A DNA stretch of 64,000 nt, from positions 15,764 through 79,763 of IMG/VR virus record IMGVR_UViG_3300030108_004141; one strand, given 5' to 3'. Both the position numbers and the translations under genes were made by a program. Positions within the stretch are counted from its first letter, which is position 1; each line of letters starts with the position of its first letter. Shown here piece after piece: positions 29,080-38,287 of the stretch. Source of the stretch: a virus. The notes beneath the pieces were generated by a model, which searched no databases, was not told where the DNA came from, and saw nothing but the letters and a program-made list of their open reading frames with translations.

Positions 29080-30454
29080 AGAAAATTTTGCTAGAAAGGC
29101 ACTCCCGTTTTTACGCGATGAGTATTTTTCTGATTCGAGTGAGAGACTAATATATCATCGGATCAACGAGTTCGTTCAAAAATATAATGATATCCCCTCT
29201 CGCGAGGCACTTGAGATCGATCTCGAACAAATAAAAAATCTATCAGAGGATCAGTACGGTGGTTGTGTTGATATCATAAAATCTTTAGAGGAGCCTGAGC
29301 CTGTTGATGATCAATGGCTTATTGATGAAACAGAGAGGTTCTGTCAAGACCGAGCAATCTATAACGCTATCATGGACAGCATCGGTATCATCGATGGCAA
29401 AGACAAAGATAGAACTAAAGGTAGCATTCCAGAAATACTAACCTCTGCGCTGGCTGTTTCTTTTGACAGCCATATCGGTCATGACTTTCTCGAAGATTAT
29501 GAGGATCGGTTTGATTTTTATCACAGGGTTGAGGAACGCATTCCTTTCGATCTTGAGATGCTCAATACAATCACACGCGGTGGTCTTCCTCGTAAATCTC
29601 TCAATATTATCCTAGCTGGCACAGGTGTCGGTAAAACACTGGCGATGTGTCATATGGCTGCATCTAATCTTGTGCTCGGTAAGAATGTATTGTACATTAC
29701 TATGGAGATGGCTGAAGAAAAGATCGCTGAGAGAATCGATGCGAATCTTCTTAATGTTGCGGTTGATGAGCTAGCACAGTTGCCGAAAAATAGTTATGAA
29801 AAGAAAGTTGAGCGTGTTCGTAATAAGACAGTTGGTAAACTGATTATCAAAGAGTTTCCTACTGCCTCAGCGCATGTGGGTCATCTCAGACATCTGCTCA
29901 ACGAGCTTCAACTCAAGCGATCGTTCGTTCCCGATATTATCTACATCGACTATCTAAATATTTGTTTATCGGCTCGGATCAAAGCAGGTGCGAATGTTAA
30001 TAGCTACACGTATGTCAAAGCGATCGCCGAAGAACTACGTGGCTTGGCTGTTGAAAAAAATCTACCAATCGTATCGGCAACTCAAACAACTCGTACAGGT
30101 TACAGCAACTCAGATCCTGGTCTCGAGGATACCTCCGAGTCTTTCGGTTTGCCAGCGACCGCTGACTTCATGATTGCGTTAGTTTCTTCGGACCAGCTAT
30201 CAGATCTCAATCAGATCATGATCAAGCAACTTAAAAACCGCTACAATGACCCAACAATAAATAGAAGGTTCGTAGTTGGAGTTGATCGCGCTAAAATGAG
30301 GATGTATGATTTAGATGATTCGGCTCAGTCAACGTCTGAGGATAAACCATTGATGGATACAACATCATTCGGTCAGCGAGCAGAAGAAGATGATAATATG
30401 AAGTGGATGACGAAAATTGCAGGAAGAAAGGATTTTAGTAAGTTAAGAGCATGA
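29039..30454 (+). CDS. gp41: Replicative DNA helicase
   Basis: LAGTGVGKT, YITMEMAEEKIAERIDAN, IDYLN, KAIAEELRG, SESFGLPATAD. Confidence 0.97.
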   Translation: MRIEQTILRHLVHKENFARKALPFLRDEYFSDSSERLIYHRINEFVQKYNDIPSREALEIDLEQIKNLSEDQYGGCVDIIKSLEEPEPVDDQWLIDETERFCQDRAIYNAIMDSIGIIDGKDKDRTKGSIPEILTSALAVSFDSHIGHDFLEDYEDRFDFYHRVEERIPFDLEMLNTITRGGLPRKSLNIILAGTGVGKTLAMCHMAASNLVLGKNVLYITMEMAEEKIAERIDANLLNVAVDELAQLPKNSYEKKVERVRNKTVGKLIIKEFPTASAHVGHLRHLLNELQLKRSFVPDIIYIDYLNICLSARIKAGANVNSYTYVKAIAEELRGLAVEKNLPIVSATQTTRTGYSNSDPGLEDTSESFGLPATADFMIALVSSDQLSDLNQIMIKQLKNRYNDPTINRRFVVGVDRAKMRMYDLDDSAQSTSEDKPLMDTTSFGQRAEEDDNMKWMTKIAGRKDFSKLRA

Positions 30455-30621
30455 ATATACAAGAAGCAATTGAAGATTTATTAGAAATGGAAGTTGACGA
30501 TCGCGAAAGATTTCTCATGACATGTAAACTAGAAGCCTGTTCAGGTCACAATGATGGTTGGGTCATGGGACATTATCAAACATATTTAGATGCAGCAAAA
30601 CATTTAGAGGATGCAAATTAA
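30451..30621 (+). CDS. Small hypothetical protein (56 aa, not in ORF track)
   Basis: ATGA overlap with the gp41 stop; MNIQEAIEDLL...SGHNDGWV. Confidence 0.55.
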   Translation: MNIQEAIEDLLEMEVDDRERFLMTCKLEACSGHNDGWVMGHYQTYLDAAKHLEDAN

Positions 30622-30623
30622 TT

Positions 30624-30803
30624 ATGGGCAAAACGTATCGCCGCACAAAAAACGTGTGGGAAGATGGAGACACTCGTGAAAGACGCAGCAAAAAGAAAGC
30701 AAAGAAAAAGCTCAAGTTGGCTGAACGACGTAGTCATGACAAACATCAAGTCTTTGACACATACGCAAGTTCCAGAGATAACAGTCCGCGGAAGCAATTT
30801 TAA
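30624..30803 (+). CDS. Small basic hypothetical protein
   Basis: MGKTYRR..., K/R-rich; follows the previous stop. Confidence 0.5.
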   Translation: MGKTYRRTKNVWEDGDTRERRSKKKAKKKLKLAERRSHDKHQVFDTYASSRDNSPRKQF

Positions 30804-31209
30804 AACTAGGAAAAAAGTTTTAATTGCTGCAGTTTGGATGCTCTATGATCAGCTTGGTAATAGAGTCGCACCGAATATCACATTAGAAATTGATCTAATC
30901 AAATTACTCATACATGATGAGGCAGTTTTCGGTGATTGTTTCGCTGCAGACAGTATGAGATACAACAGACCAAGATACTTTCAAATCAGATTGGATGCAG
31001 GTTTAAAACTGCCAGTTCTTCTTGAAACATTAGCGCACGAAATAGTTCATCTCAGGCAATACGCTAAAGATCAGCTGTATGAATACAGAAACGGAGACAG
31101 CCGATACGCTGGCAAACGATACCCAAAAGATTGTGAAGATCTACCATGGGAAGATGAAGCTCATGCACTGGAGCAGCACATTTATCACAGATACACTTCT
31201 CAATTATAA
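30736..31209 (+). CDS. Zincin-like metallopeptidase
   Basis: TLAHEIVHLRQY ... LPWEDEA. Confidence 0.75.
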   Translation: MTNIKSLTHTQVPEITVRGSNFKTRKKVLIAAVWMLYDQLGNRVAPNITLEIDLIKLLIHDEAVFGDCFAADSMRYNRPRYFQIRLDAGLKLPVLLETLAHEIVHLRQYAKDQLYEYRNGDSRYAGKRYPKDCEDLPWEDEAHALEQHIYHRYTSQL

Positions 31210-31212
31210 ATA
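31205..31212 (+). promoter_or_regulatory. T4-type late promoter
   Basis: TATAAATA 20 nt upstream of ATG 31233. Confidence 0.8.
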
Positions 31213-31232
31213 GGGAGAAGAGGAGATGATAG

Positions 31233-32186
31233 ATGGCGTTCAGCAAACCTGCTTTACAGGAACAGCTTAAACCGTTCGGAAAGCTCAAAGTTGAAGGAAA
31301 TCGATTCAAAGTTTTGTTGGCTGATGGATCGACTGCGGCACGCATAAATTTTCTTAACACTCTCCAAGATATATTACCCAACGCTGTAATTAAAAATGAT
31401 AATACAAATTTCAGCTCTGTAGGATATATTCAGGTCGACCAGTTTAAAATTGCAGGAAAACCAGCTAAGAGACAAGGGGCTGGCTCTGCTGGACTAAAAA
31501 ACGAAAATGTCTTTATCAACAGTATCAACAAAGCGATAAAAGATACAGGTGGTTCATTAGACGTTTGTTTGATCGGAGGAAATAATGTTAAGATCACGAT
31601 CAAGCAGGTTTCAAAGGCTGTTGAAATGGGTAGACAAACATCAGACTACGCTAAGTCTGATGTTGATTTAATCCACGAAAATGGGATATATAAGATATCT
31701 CTGAAACAAGATAATGCTGAAATGTGGGAGTCGGCAGACACTCGATTTGGTGAAATGATAAGAACTAAAATAGATGAAGCTCAAAAACAAGGAAAGGTTA
31801 AACTTGAGCCAATAATGGCTGCTGGTGGTTCTGTTAAAAAAAATCAAGGAAAGACCGTTGTAAAAATAGTGCCAGAAAGTAAAGTTAGAATGTCACTAGC
31901 AGAGCAAAAGAGTGTTGTTTTCGGTAATGATATAAAAGAGGGCAAAGGTGCTGTTGTAAAGAAGACATTTAGCACTGCTGACTTTACTTACGAAAATGAT
32001 TGTTTGTTTATTAAATGCTCGAAAATATATCGAAATATCCAAGATGTTAGAACTGCTGGTGAAACGCCAACAATATTAATACGTGCTGATTCTAACAGAA
32101 ACAGTAAAAAATTAGGAATTGCTGGTCTCAGAATCATAGTCAATGTGGAAAACAATCGAACCCGACGTGCATTAGATTTAACATAA
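31233..32186 (+). CDS. Putative PD-(D/E)xK-type nuclease-like protein
   Basis: G..NE helix, KSDVDL, ISLKQ resembling the E...PD...(S/E)xK arrangement. Confidence 0.5.
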   Translation: MAFSKPALQEQLKPFGKLKVEGNRFKVLLADGSTAARINFLNTLQDILPNAVIKNDNTNFSSVGYIQVDQFKIAGKPAKRQGAGSAGLKNENVFINSINKAIKDTGGSLDVCLIGGNNVKITIKQVSKAVEMGRQTSDYAKSDVDLIHENGIYKISLKQDNAEMWESADTRFGEMIRTKIDEAQKQGKVKLEPIMAAGGSVKKNQGKTVVKIVPESKVRMSLAEQKSVVFGNDIKEGKGAVVKKTFSTADFTYENDCLFIKCSKIYRNIQDVRTAGETPTILIRADSNRNSKKLGIAGLRIIVNVENNRTRRALDLT

Positions 32187-32188
32187 AT

Positions 32189-32221
32189 TCCCTTTGGTAT
32201 GGGTCATAGATAAGGTATAAT
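32189..32221 (+). promoter_or_regulatory. Sigma70-like promoter, TCC(C/A) family
   Basis: TCCC-TTTGGT-N17-TATAAT; ATG 6 nt after the -10. Confidence 0.6.
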
Positions 32222-32227
32222 AAGTCA

Positions 32228-33454
32228 ATGCTTAAACTTCAAAGCTATCTCACCGAGCAAAAGAATGTTCACATGGAGCACCTCGAAGATCTGGTGCTGA
32301 ACAAAGGTATTGTCGGTGCACGTGAGATATTTGCATTCCTGACCTCACTTGGTGAGATGCTTGGCGGCAATAGCAAAAGCAGTATGAAAGCCACTGTCAA
32401 GTGGGATGGTGCACCTGCTATCTTTATGGGTGTTGATCCTGCTGACAAAAAGTTCTTCGTTGCGAAGAAAGGTTTGTTCAACAAAACTCCTAAGATGTAC
32501 AAAACGAATGCTGAGATCGATGCTGATATATCTGGCTCTCTCAACGCAAAGTTCAAAACTGCTCTCGCTGAGTTTGCGAAACTTGGTTTGAAGAGTGGTG
32601 TCGTTCAGGGCGATATGATGTTCACCAGTGGTGATGTCAATACCGAAACAATCGAGGGCAAAAAGTATTACACGTTCCAACCCAACACGATTGTATATGC
32701 AGTTCCTATCAATACACCTTTGGGTCGCCAAATCAAACGATCAAAGATTGGTGTCGTTTGGCATACAACATACGAGGGAAAAGATATTCAATCAATGCGT
32801 GCATCGTTTGGTAAAGGTATTGTTCGTCGGTTGAGAAAGAGCAGCTCGGTTTGGATGGATGATGCAACTTATCGTGATGTATCTGGTCAGGCGACTATGA
32901 CTGCTGCTGAAACGAAAGAGTTCCGTGGTCACGTTTCTGCAGCTGGCAGATTACTTCGCACGATTCCTACTAAAGCACTGGCGACGATAGCGGATAACGA
33001 ACAGCTCTTGATGATGGTCAAGACGTACAACAATACAAAGGTCCGAGCTGGTGAACCTATAAAAAATACAACTGCTCATGCTCGTGGTCTGATTACATAT
33101 CTCGACGCTAAGTTCAAAGCAGAGGAAGACAAACGTAAAACCGAAAAAGGCAAGCAAGGTGTTCGTGATAGAAAGAAAGAAGTCATGGGACCTTTGCTGA
33201 CTGTTCCTGTATCCCAGCTCGCTGCGATATTTGATTTCATGAATACCATTGTAGACGCTAAAGCAATCATCGTTCGTAAAATGAATCAGGCGGCATCGGT
33301 CGGTACATTCTTAAGAACGAAAAAGGGATTTAGAGTTACAGCACCTGAAGGATATGTTGCTATCGATAAATCTAAAGGGGGAGCAGTAAAGCTGGTCGAC
33401 CGACTAGAGTTCAGTCGAGCGAACTTTTCTGCCGATGTTCTTAAGGGATGGTAG
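32228..33454 (+). CDS. Conserved phage protein (DUF6267-like) with ligase-type nucleotidyltransferase motifs
   Basis: HMEHLED, TVKWDGAP (KxDG), QGDMMF, PEGYVA, KLVDRLEFS. Confidence 0.7.
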   Translation: MLKLQSYLTEQKNVHMEHLEDLVLNKGIVGAREIFAFLTSLGEMLGGNSKSSMKATVKWDGAPAIFMGVDPADKKFFVAKKGLFNKTPKMYKTNAEIDADISGSLNAKFKTALAEFAKLGLKSGVVQGDMMFTSGDVNTETIEGKKYYTFQPNTIVYAVPINTPLGRQIKRSKIGVVWHTTYEGKDIQSMRASFGKGIVRRLRKSSSVWMDDATYRDVSGQATMTAAETKEFRGHVSAAGRLLRTIPTKALATIADNEQLLMMVKTYNNTKVRAGEPIKNTTAHARGLITYLDAKFKAEEDKRKTEKGKQGVRDRKKEVMGPLLTVPVSQLAAIFDFMNTIVDAKAIIVRKMNQAASVGTFLRTKKGFRVTAPEGYVAIDKSKGGAVKLVDRLEFSRANFSADVLKGW

Positions 33455-33615
33455 AAAAGATAAAGAGCGGCGACAGATATATTGTAATGGTGAACGGTAA
33501 AATAATGTTTCATGGCAGCACCGAAAATGCTGCTAAGTTTGCTAAAAGTATAAATAACAGGATAGATAGATCTAATTCGGAGGAAAAAAATGCCATATCA
33601 GATTCTAACGCCTGA
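33448..33615 (+). CDS. Small hypothetical protein (55 aa, not in ORF track)
   Basis: ATG overlapping the upstream stop; MVEKIKSGDRYIVMVNGKIMF... Confidence 0.4.
   Translation: MVEKIKSGDRYIVMVNGKIMFHGSTENAAKFAKSINNRIDRSNSEEKNAISDSNA
33549..33556 (+). promoter_or_regulatory. T4-type late promoter
   Basis: TATAAATA upstream of GGAGG and ATG 33590. Confidence 0.8.
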
Positions 33616-34234
33616 GGGCTGGAGAAATATTCTACCTGAGCATAAAGGCGATAAACCTCACAAACACCCTCACGAGGAAAAAACTGAGTCAGAAAACCCT
33701 GCGAACTCTTGGCATCTTTGTGCTAAGAATGTAGTTCATGAACAGTGGGGCGAGGGTATTTGTGTTCCCGAACTTCATGCTGACCCTGATCAAGATGGTA
33801 AGGTTGCTTGGTACGACGTTGTGTTCGAGCACGGTTTGGAAAGAAAGGTAATGATCGAAAAGCTACAGGTTACGAAAGCTGAGGATCATATGCATAAGGG
33901 CAAAAAAGAAAAAAAGAAAATTGCAGAACAGGTTATTTCAGACTATAGTAAGAAAAATATGGTTCACCATATTACACATGATGAAGATGGTGATGCTGGT
34001 AAAAAAATGCCAAGTTCTGATCATGCTCACATAAAGAACACTAAACCCACTGCATCAAATATTAAAGATAGAGATGGTGTTCCTCACGATGTTTATCATC
34101 ATCCGAAAGGTCATACTCTTATTAATAGGAAAGATCCTAATATGGGTCATTACGCGATGCGCCTAAGTGGCCACCATCATCCACAAAAGGTGATAAAATC
34201 ATATGACAAATATAATAGTGGTGAGCATTCTTAA
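33590..34234 (+). CDS. His-rich two-module protein, putative internal head protein
   Basis: HLCAKNVVHEQWGEG...WYDVVFEHG module plus a His-rich C-terminal module; late promoter. Confidence 0.6.
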   Translation: MPYQILTPEGWRNILPEHKGDKPHKHPHEEKTESENPANSWHLCAKNVVHEQWGEGICVPELHADPDQDGKVAWYDVVFEHGLERKVMIEKLQVTKAEDHMHKGKKEKKKIAEQVISDYSKKNMVHHITHDEDGDAGKKMPSSDHAHIKNTKPTASNIKDRDGVPHDVYHHPKGHTLINRKDPNMGHYAMRLSGHHHPQKVIKSYDKYNSGEHS

Positions 34235-34247
34235 AGTTTAAACCACA

Positions 34248-34300
34248 ATGCGATAAGCTCAAGGGAAACTCGCATAGCAGTAAGTCTAAGGAAAACCTGC
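34248..34300 (+). promoter_or_regulatory. Tandem stem-loop RNA element with near-identical 16-nt loops covering the SD
   Basis: ATGCGA[TAAGCTCAAGGGAAAC]TCGCAT-A-GCAG[TAAGTCTAAGGAAAAC]CTGC-G-ATG. Confidence 0.65.
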
Positions 34301-34301
34301 G

Positions 34302-37196
34302 ATGAAGAAAGCAACGATAACATTTGGTAGGATGAATCCTCCTACCGTCGGGCATGAAAAGCTCGTTAACAAGGTTATCGCAGTTGCACGCACAAAACGA
34401 TCAGAACCTCGTGTATATCTTTCTCATACGCAAAATCCTAAGAAAGATCCCTTAAAGTATTCTCAGAAAATAAAAAATGCACGCGCTGCATTCGGCAACG
34501 TCGTGAAGCAATCAAACATAAAGAACATCGTTGGAATTATGCAGTCTTTGGAAAAAGAGGGCATAGAAGAGATCACGATGGTTGTCGGTTCTGATCGTGT
34601 ATCTAATTTCAGAACCTTCCTAAACAAGTACAACGGCAAAGACTATAACTTCAAAAAAATTACAGTGGTATCAGCTGGCACTCGTGATCCTGATGATGCT
34701 GGTGTTGCTGGAATGAGTGGAACTAAAATGCGTCAGTTGGCTGCAACTGGTAAAGAAAAAGAGTTCGCTGACGGTGCTCCCTCAGGATTATCTGTAGCAC
34801 AAAAGAAAACACTCTACAAGGATGTGAGAAAAGGAATGAACATACGAGAAGAAGTAGAACTGCTCGAGGCAGAGTTCAAAGATAAGGATCTTGAAAATTA
34901 TATCAAGAGAGCGCAATATCAAGATTTCGAACCTACAGTCGATGATGTTGTTTTAGCTAAACATATCTTTCAACAAGACGACGATGAACTCGAGGAAGAC
35001 GAAGAGGAATTAAACGAGAGAAAGCCACTCACGTTTCAGCAGAGACAAAAGATAGCAATTCGCATGAAGCGACTCGCTCCAAGAATGAAGCGTCTTCGAG
35101 CTATCAAGAAAAAACGTATGGCAACTCCCGATCGTCTTAAATATCGTGCGCGCAAAGCTGCTTTGAATATCCTTCGTCGCCGAGCTGCTGGCTCTCGTGG
35201 CGCGAAGTATGCATCTCTGAGCCGAACCGATAAAATTAATATCGACAGACAACTCAATAACAGGTACAAAGGTCCAGCACTTCGTAAGATAGTCGATCGT
35301 TTTTCTAGACGTATGTTACCAATGATTAGAAGAAAAGAAATGGAAAGACTGAAAAAAGCAAGGTCAGCTAAAAAAGAAGAAATCGATATTCGATTTGAAA
35401 CTTTTTTATCTGAAGAAACTTATAAGGGTGTTGATATAGGCAACTGGGTATATGAGGGTCCGAAAGATTTTGTTAAGAAACTGATTGATGAGTTCGGCAA
35501 GCCAGACTATATTGAAAAGAACCCAGAAAGTGGAGAGGCATACTCTGCTGTGTTCAAGAACATAGATGGTTTCGATTTCGTTCGTATAGTAGATTCAAAC
35601 ACTAATAAGCTGCACCCATATCCTGCAAAAATATATGTAGAGGGTGGTTTATATTTCAAAGTTCCACAAGAAATGGTTGGAAAGTTGAAGGAGGCATCCC
35701 CAACAATTATAATCGATGAACTGAACGGATTTGTTATAGGAAAATGTGCGAGCTTGACCATATGTGCCGCAACGTTGCAATTTGTTATCGATGCTGTCAA
35801 CGGTGACGCACCTGCGACAAGGGAAGAGTATGATAAGAGACTTCGAAAAATTATCGATGATGGTAAGACTGATCCAGAAATACCATGGTGGGAAAATAAA
35901 CTAAATGAATCGGTGATACTCGAAAAAGAAGACAGCGATATCGGCGATCGTAAAGGGAAACAACCAGCGCAGTATCACAGTGGCTTGAAAGTTTCAACAA
36001 AGAAAAAGAGAGACACTCAGTTTCAACGTCAGGCTAAAATGAAAGACGATGACCCACGTGCATATAAGAAGGCTCCTGGTGACTCCGCTAAAACTAAACC
36101 ATCACAATATACAACGAGGTACAAGCAAATGTATGGAGAGGATATCGATAAGGAGTTCGAAACATTCCTTGAGCAATCATCTGCGCTTGATAGACTAAAG
36201 AAGTTCGATAAGTCGCGAGAGGCTGCAGGAAAAAAGCCAATCTTCACTCCAAGTAAACCAACCACCTTTGTGAAGATGAAGAAACCTGGATTGATGACCA
36301 CAATGAATGTTCCTGACCATGAGGTTGACAAATATAAGAAGAAAGGTTTCAATGTACATAGTGAGGAAAATATCGATACAAAGTTTGAACAGTTTCTCGA
36401 GTACACAGTAACCCCATCGAGCCATTTAGCACCAACCTCTGCACCAAGAGATATCATTCCTTCGGTATTTGCTTCCGATGATGAGGATCCAAGTGACAAG
36501 GCTTCACGAAAGAGCAAGGTTGATATTTTGTTGCGTCTCGGTTTAGTGCCGAAAGATGAAATACAAAAGTATCGACGTGCGCTTCGTAATAGAGACACTG
36601 CTCTTAAGAATCCTGATTTGCGAAAGAAGCTCGATAATTTGCTAGACAAGCTGCTCGACTTTTCCACCAGCGACTCTGCTGTTTATCAGAAGTTACGCAG
36701 GTCAGTGACGCAAGAGGATATTGAGCGTCGTGCTGATGTCAGAATGATAAAGGTTAAGATGCCTGATGGTCGAGTGGTTTTCAAGAAAGATAGAAAAGAA
36801 ATCAAAGTCGGCGATGTTCGTGAGGATGAGGCTCTCATGAAAAAGCATGATAATGAAAAAGAGCGGTTGAAACTTCGCCATGCTCGAGAAAAAGGTGCGG
36901 CAAAAGTTCGTGCGATTCGGCGTGATAATTTGAAAGATGAGGTTGAACTTGATGAGAAAGCTCTGAAGGGTTTACAAAACAAAGCTGAAAAATCTGGTAT
37001 CCCATATGGTATCTTGAAACAAGTTTACAACCGAGGTATGGCTGCTTGGAAAACAGGTCATCGCCCAGGAGCAAGTCAGCAACAATGGGCGTATGCTCGC
37101 GTGAACTCTTTCATCACAGGTGGTAAAACTAGAACGACTGCTGATAAAGATCTTTGGGCAAAGGCAAGCGCAGCTCGAGCTAGGAAGAGAAAATAA
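34302..37196 (+). CDS. 964-aa multi-module protein: N-terminal HIGH-type nucleotidyl(cytidylyl)transferase plus several modules; putative polyprotein
   Basis: TFGRMNPPTVGHEKL, VVGSDR, MSGTKMR; repeated IDxxFExFL(S)E linkers; C-terminal VYNRGMAAWKTGHRPG..QQQWAYARVNSF module. Confidence 0.8.
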   Translation: MKKATITFGRMNPPTVGHEKLVNKVIAVARTKRSEPRVYLSHTQNPKKDPLKYSQKIKNARAAFGNVVKQSNIKNIVGIMQSLEKEGIEEITMVVGSDRVSNFRTFLNKYNGKDYNFKKITVVSAGTRDPDDAGVAGMSGTKMRQLAATGKEKEFADGAPSGLSVAQKKTLYKDVRKGMNIREEVELLEAEFKDKDLENYIKRAQYQDFEPTVDDVVLAKHIFQQDDDELEEDEEELNERKPLTFQQRQKIAIRMKRLAPRMKRLRAIKKKRMATPDRLKYRARKAALNILRRRAAGSRGAKYASLSRTDKINIDRQLNNRYKGPALRKIVDRFSRRMLPMIRRKEMERLKKARSAKKEEIDIRFETFLSEETYKGVDIGNWVYEGPKDFVKKLIDEFGKPDYIEKNPESGEAYSAVFKNIDGFDFVRIVDSNTNKLHPYPAKIYVEGGLYFKVPQEMVGKLKEASPTIIIDELNGFVIGKCASLTICAATLQFVIDAVNGDAPATREEYDKRLRKIIDDGKTDPEIPWWENKLNESVILEKEDSDIGDRKGKQPAQYHSGLKVSTKKKRDTQFQRQAKMKDDDPRAYKKAPGDSAKTKPSQYTTRYKQMYGEDIDKEFETFLEQSSALDRLKKFDKSREAAGKKPIFTPSKPTTFVKMKKPGLMTTMNVPDHEVDKYKKKGFNVHSEENIDTKFEQFLEYTVTPSSHLAPTSAPRDIIPSVFASDDEDPSDKASRKSKVDILLRLGLVPKDEIQKYRRALRNRDTALKNPDLRKKLDNLLDKLLDFSTSDSAVYQKLRRSVTQEDIERRADVRMIKVKMPDGRVVFKKDRKEIKVGDVREDEALMKKHDNEKERLKLRHAREKGAAKVRAIRRDNLKDEVELDEKALKGLQNKAEKSGIPYGILKQVYNRGMAAWKTGHRPGASQQQWAYARVNSFITGGKTRTTADKDLWAKASAARARKRK

Positions 37197-37528
37197 TGCT
37201 TTCGTTCGTTTCGTTCATAGAGTTAACAGAAGAGCCGAGGATTCCTAGGAAGCCTGGACAACCAGCTGGCTCAGACAAACACTCTGATTTGTATACGGAC
37301 GAAAATCCAAAGGGAACTATCAAGGGGTTGAAGTTTGCGACAACAGCTGATGCGAAAGCGAGTGTGGCTAAGATCAAAAAATCAGGTCGATCTCATGCTC
37401 ATAAAATACAGGCAGCGATAGCTATGGAGCAAAGAGCTAGAGTCATGGGTAAAACTGCAGCTGCAAACGTATATCGTGCATACATAAATAAGATGAAGAA
37501 GAAAACGAAAGAGATGCGAGATGGGTAA
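37196..37528 (+). CDS. Basic hypothetical protein, putative internal head protein
   Basis: N-terminus MLSFVSFIELTEE; SDKHSDLYTDENPKGTI.GL.F motif. Confidence 0.65.
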   Translation: MLSFVSFIELTEEPRIPRKPGQPAGSDKHSDLYTDENPKGTIKGLKFATTADAKASVAKIKKSGRSHAHKIQAAIAMEQRARVMGKTAAANVYRAYINKMKKKTKEMRDG

Positions 37529-37931
37529 AAAGCTAAAATCATTCAAGCAATACAGCAGCGGTGAGATGGGTATAGGTTCTGATGAACTAGCCAACAAATA
37601 CAAACGCGACACTCCTGGTCAAGAAGAGGGTCATGCTGTTGCTTCTTTTTCAGCAGATAAACCTGAGCTTTCGCCAACTGCCAGAGAGTCAGGATTGTAC
37701 ACTGCTAATGAAGCTGGACCTTGTTGGGATGGTTATAAGCAACTCGGTATGAAAAAAGGTAAGAGTGGAAAACCTGTGCCGAACTGTGTGAAAGAATCAC
37801 AGCCCAATAAATTTGATTCAAGCACTGTTCTTATTTTCCGTAGGAATCCAAACACAGGTGAAATGAAAGAGATGCGCATCGATAAAATAAAAGTCAACGA
37901 ATATCTATCGAGAGGATGGGCAAGGAAATGA
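37521..37931 (+). CDS. Hypothetical protein, putative internal head protein
   Basis: N-terminus KLKSFKQY; GPCWDGYKQLGMKK...VPNCV module. Confidence 0.65.
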   Translation: MGKKLKSFKQYSSGEMGIGSDELANKYKRDTPGQEEGHAVASFSADKPELSPTARESGLYTANEAGPCWDGYKQLGMKKGKSGKPVPNCVKESQPNKFDSSTVLIFRRNPNTGEMKEMRIDKIKVNEYLSRGWARK

Positions 37932-38287
37932 AAACCTTCAGGCAATATGTCTTAGAGCAAGCAGAGCCGTGTTGTGAAGGTTGTGCTGATGATGACATAA
38001 TCGAGCAAGCTGAGTATCAGGGTCGGAAAGTAAAACTTAACAACCCAACTCGCTCCGATAACCCCAAGTCCAAGCGCATGGTTTACGTGCGCAATGATAA
38101 GGGAAACGTTGTTAAGGTTTACTTCGGCGACCCTAATCTCGAAATCAAGCGCGACGATCCTGCTCGTCGTAAAAATTTTAGAGCGCGGCATAACTGCGAT
38201 AACCCTGGACCAAAATATAAAGCACGTTATTGGTCTTGCAAATTTTGGGAGAAAGGCAAGTCGGTCACCGATTTGATGAAAGGCTGA
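37928..38287 (+). CDS. Basic hypothetical protein, putative internal head protein
   Basis: N-terminus MKTFRQYVLE; AEYQGRKV.LN.P, FGDP, RRKNFRARHNC, ARYWSC. Confidence 0.7.
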   Translation: MKTFRQYVLEQAEPCCEGCADDDIIEQAEYQGRKVKLNNPTRSDNPKSKRMVYVRNDKGNVVKVYFGDPNLEIKRDDPARRKNFRARHNCDNPGPKYKARYWSCKFWEKGKSVTDLMKG

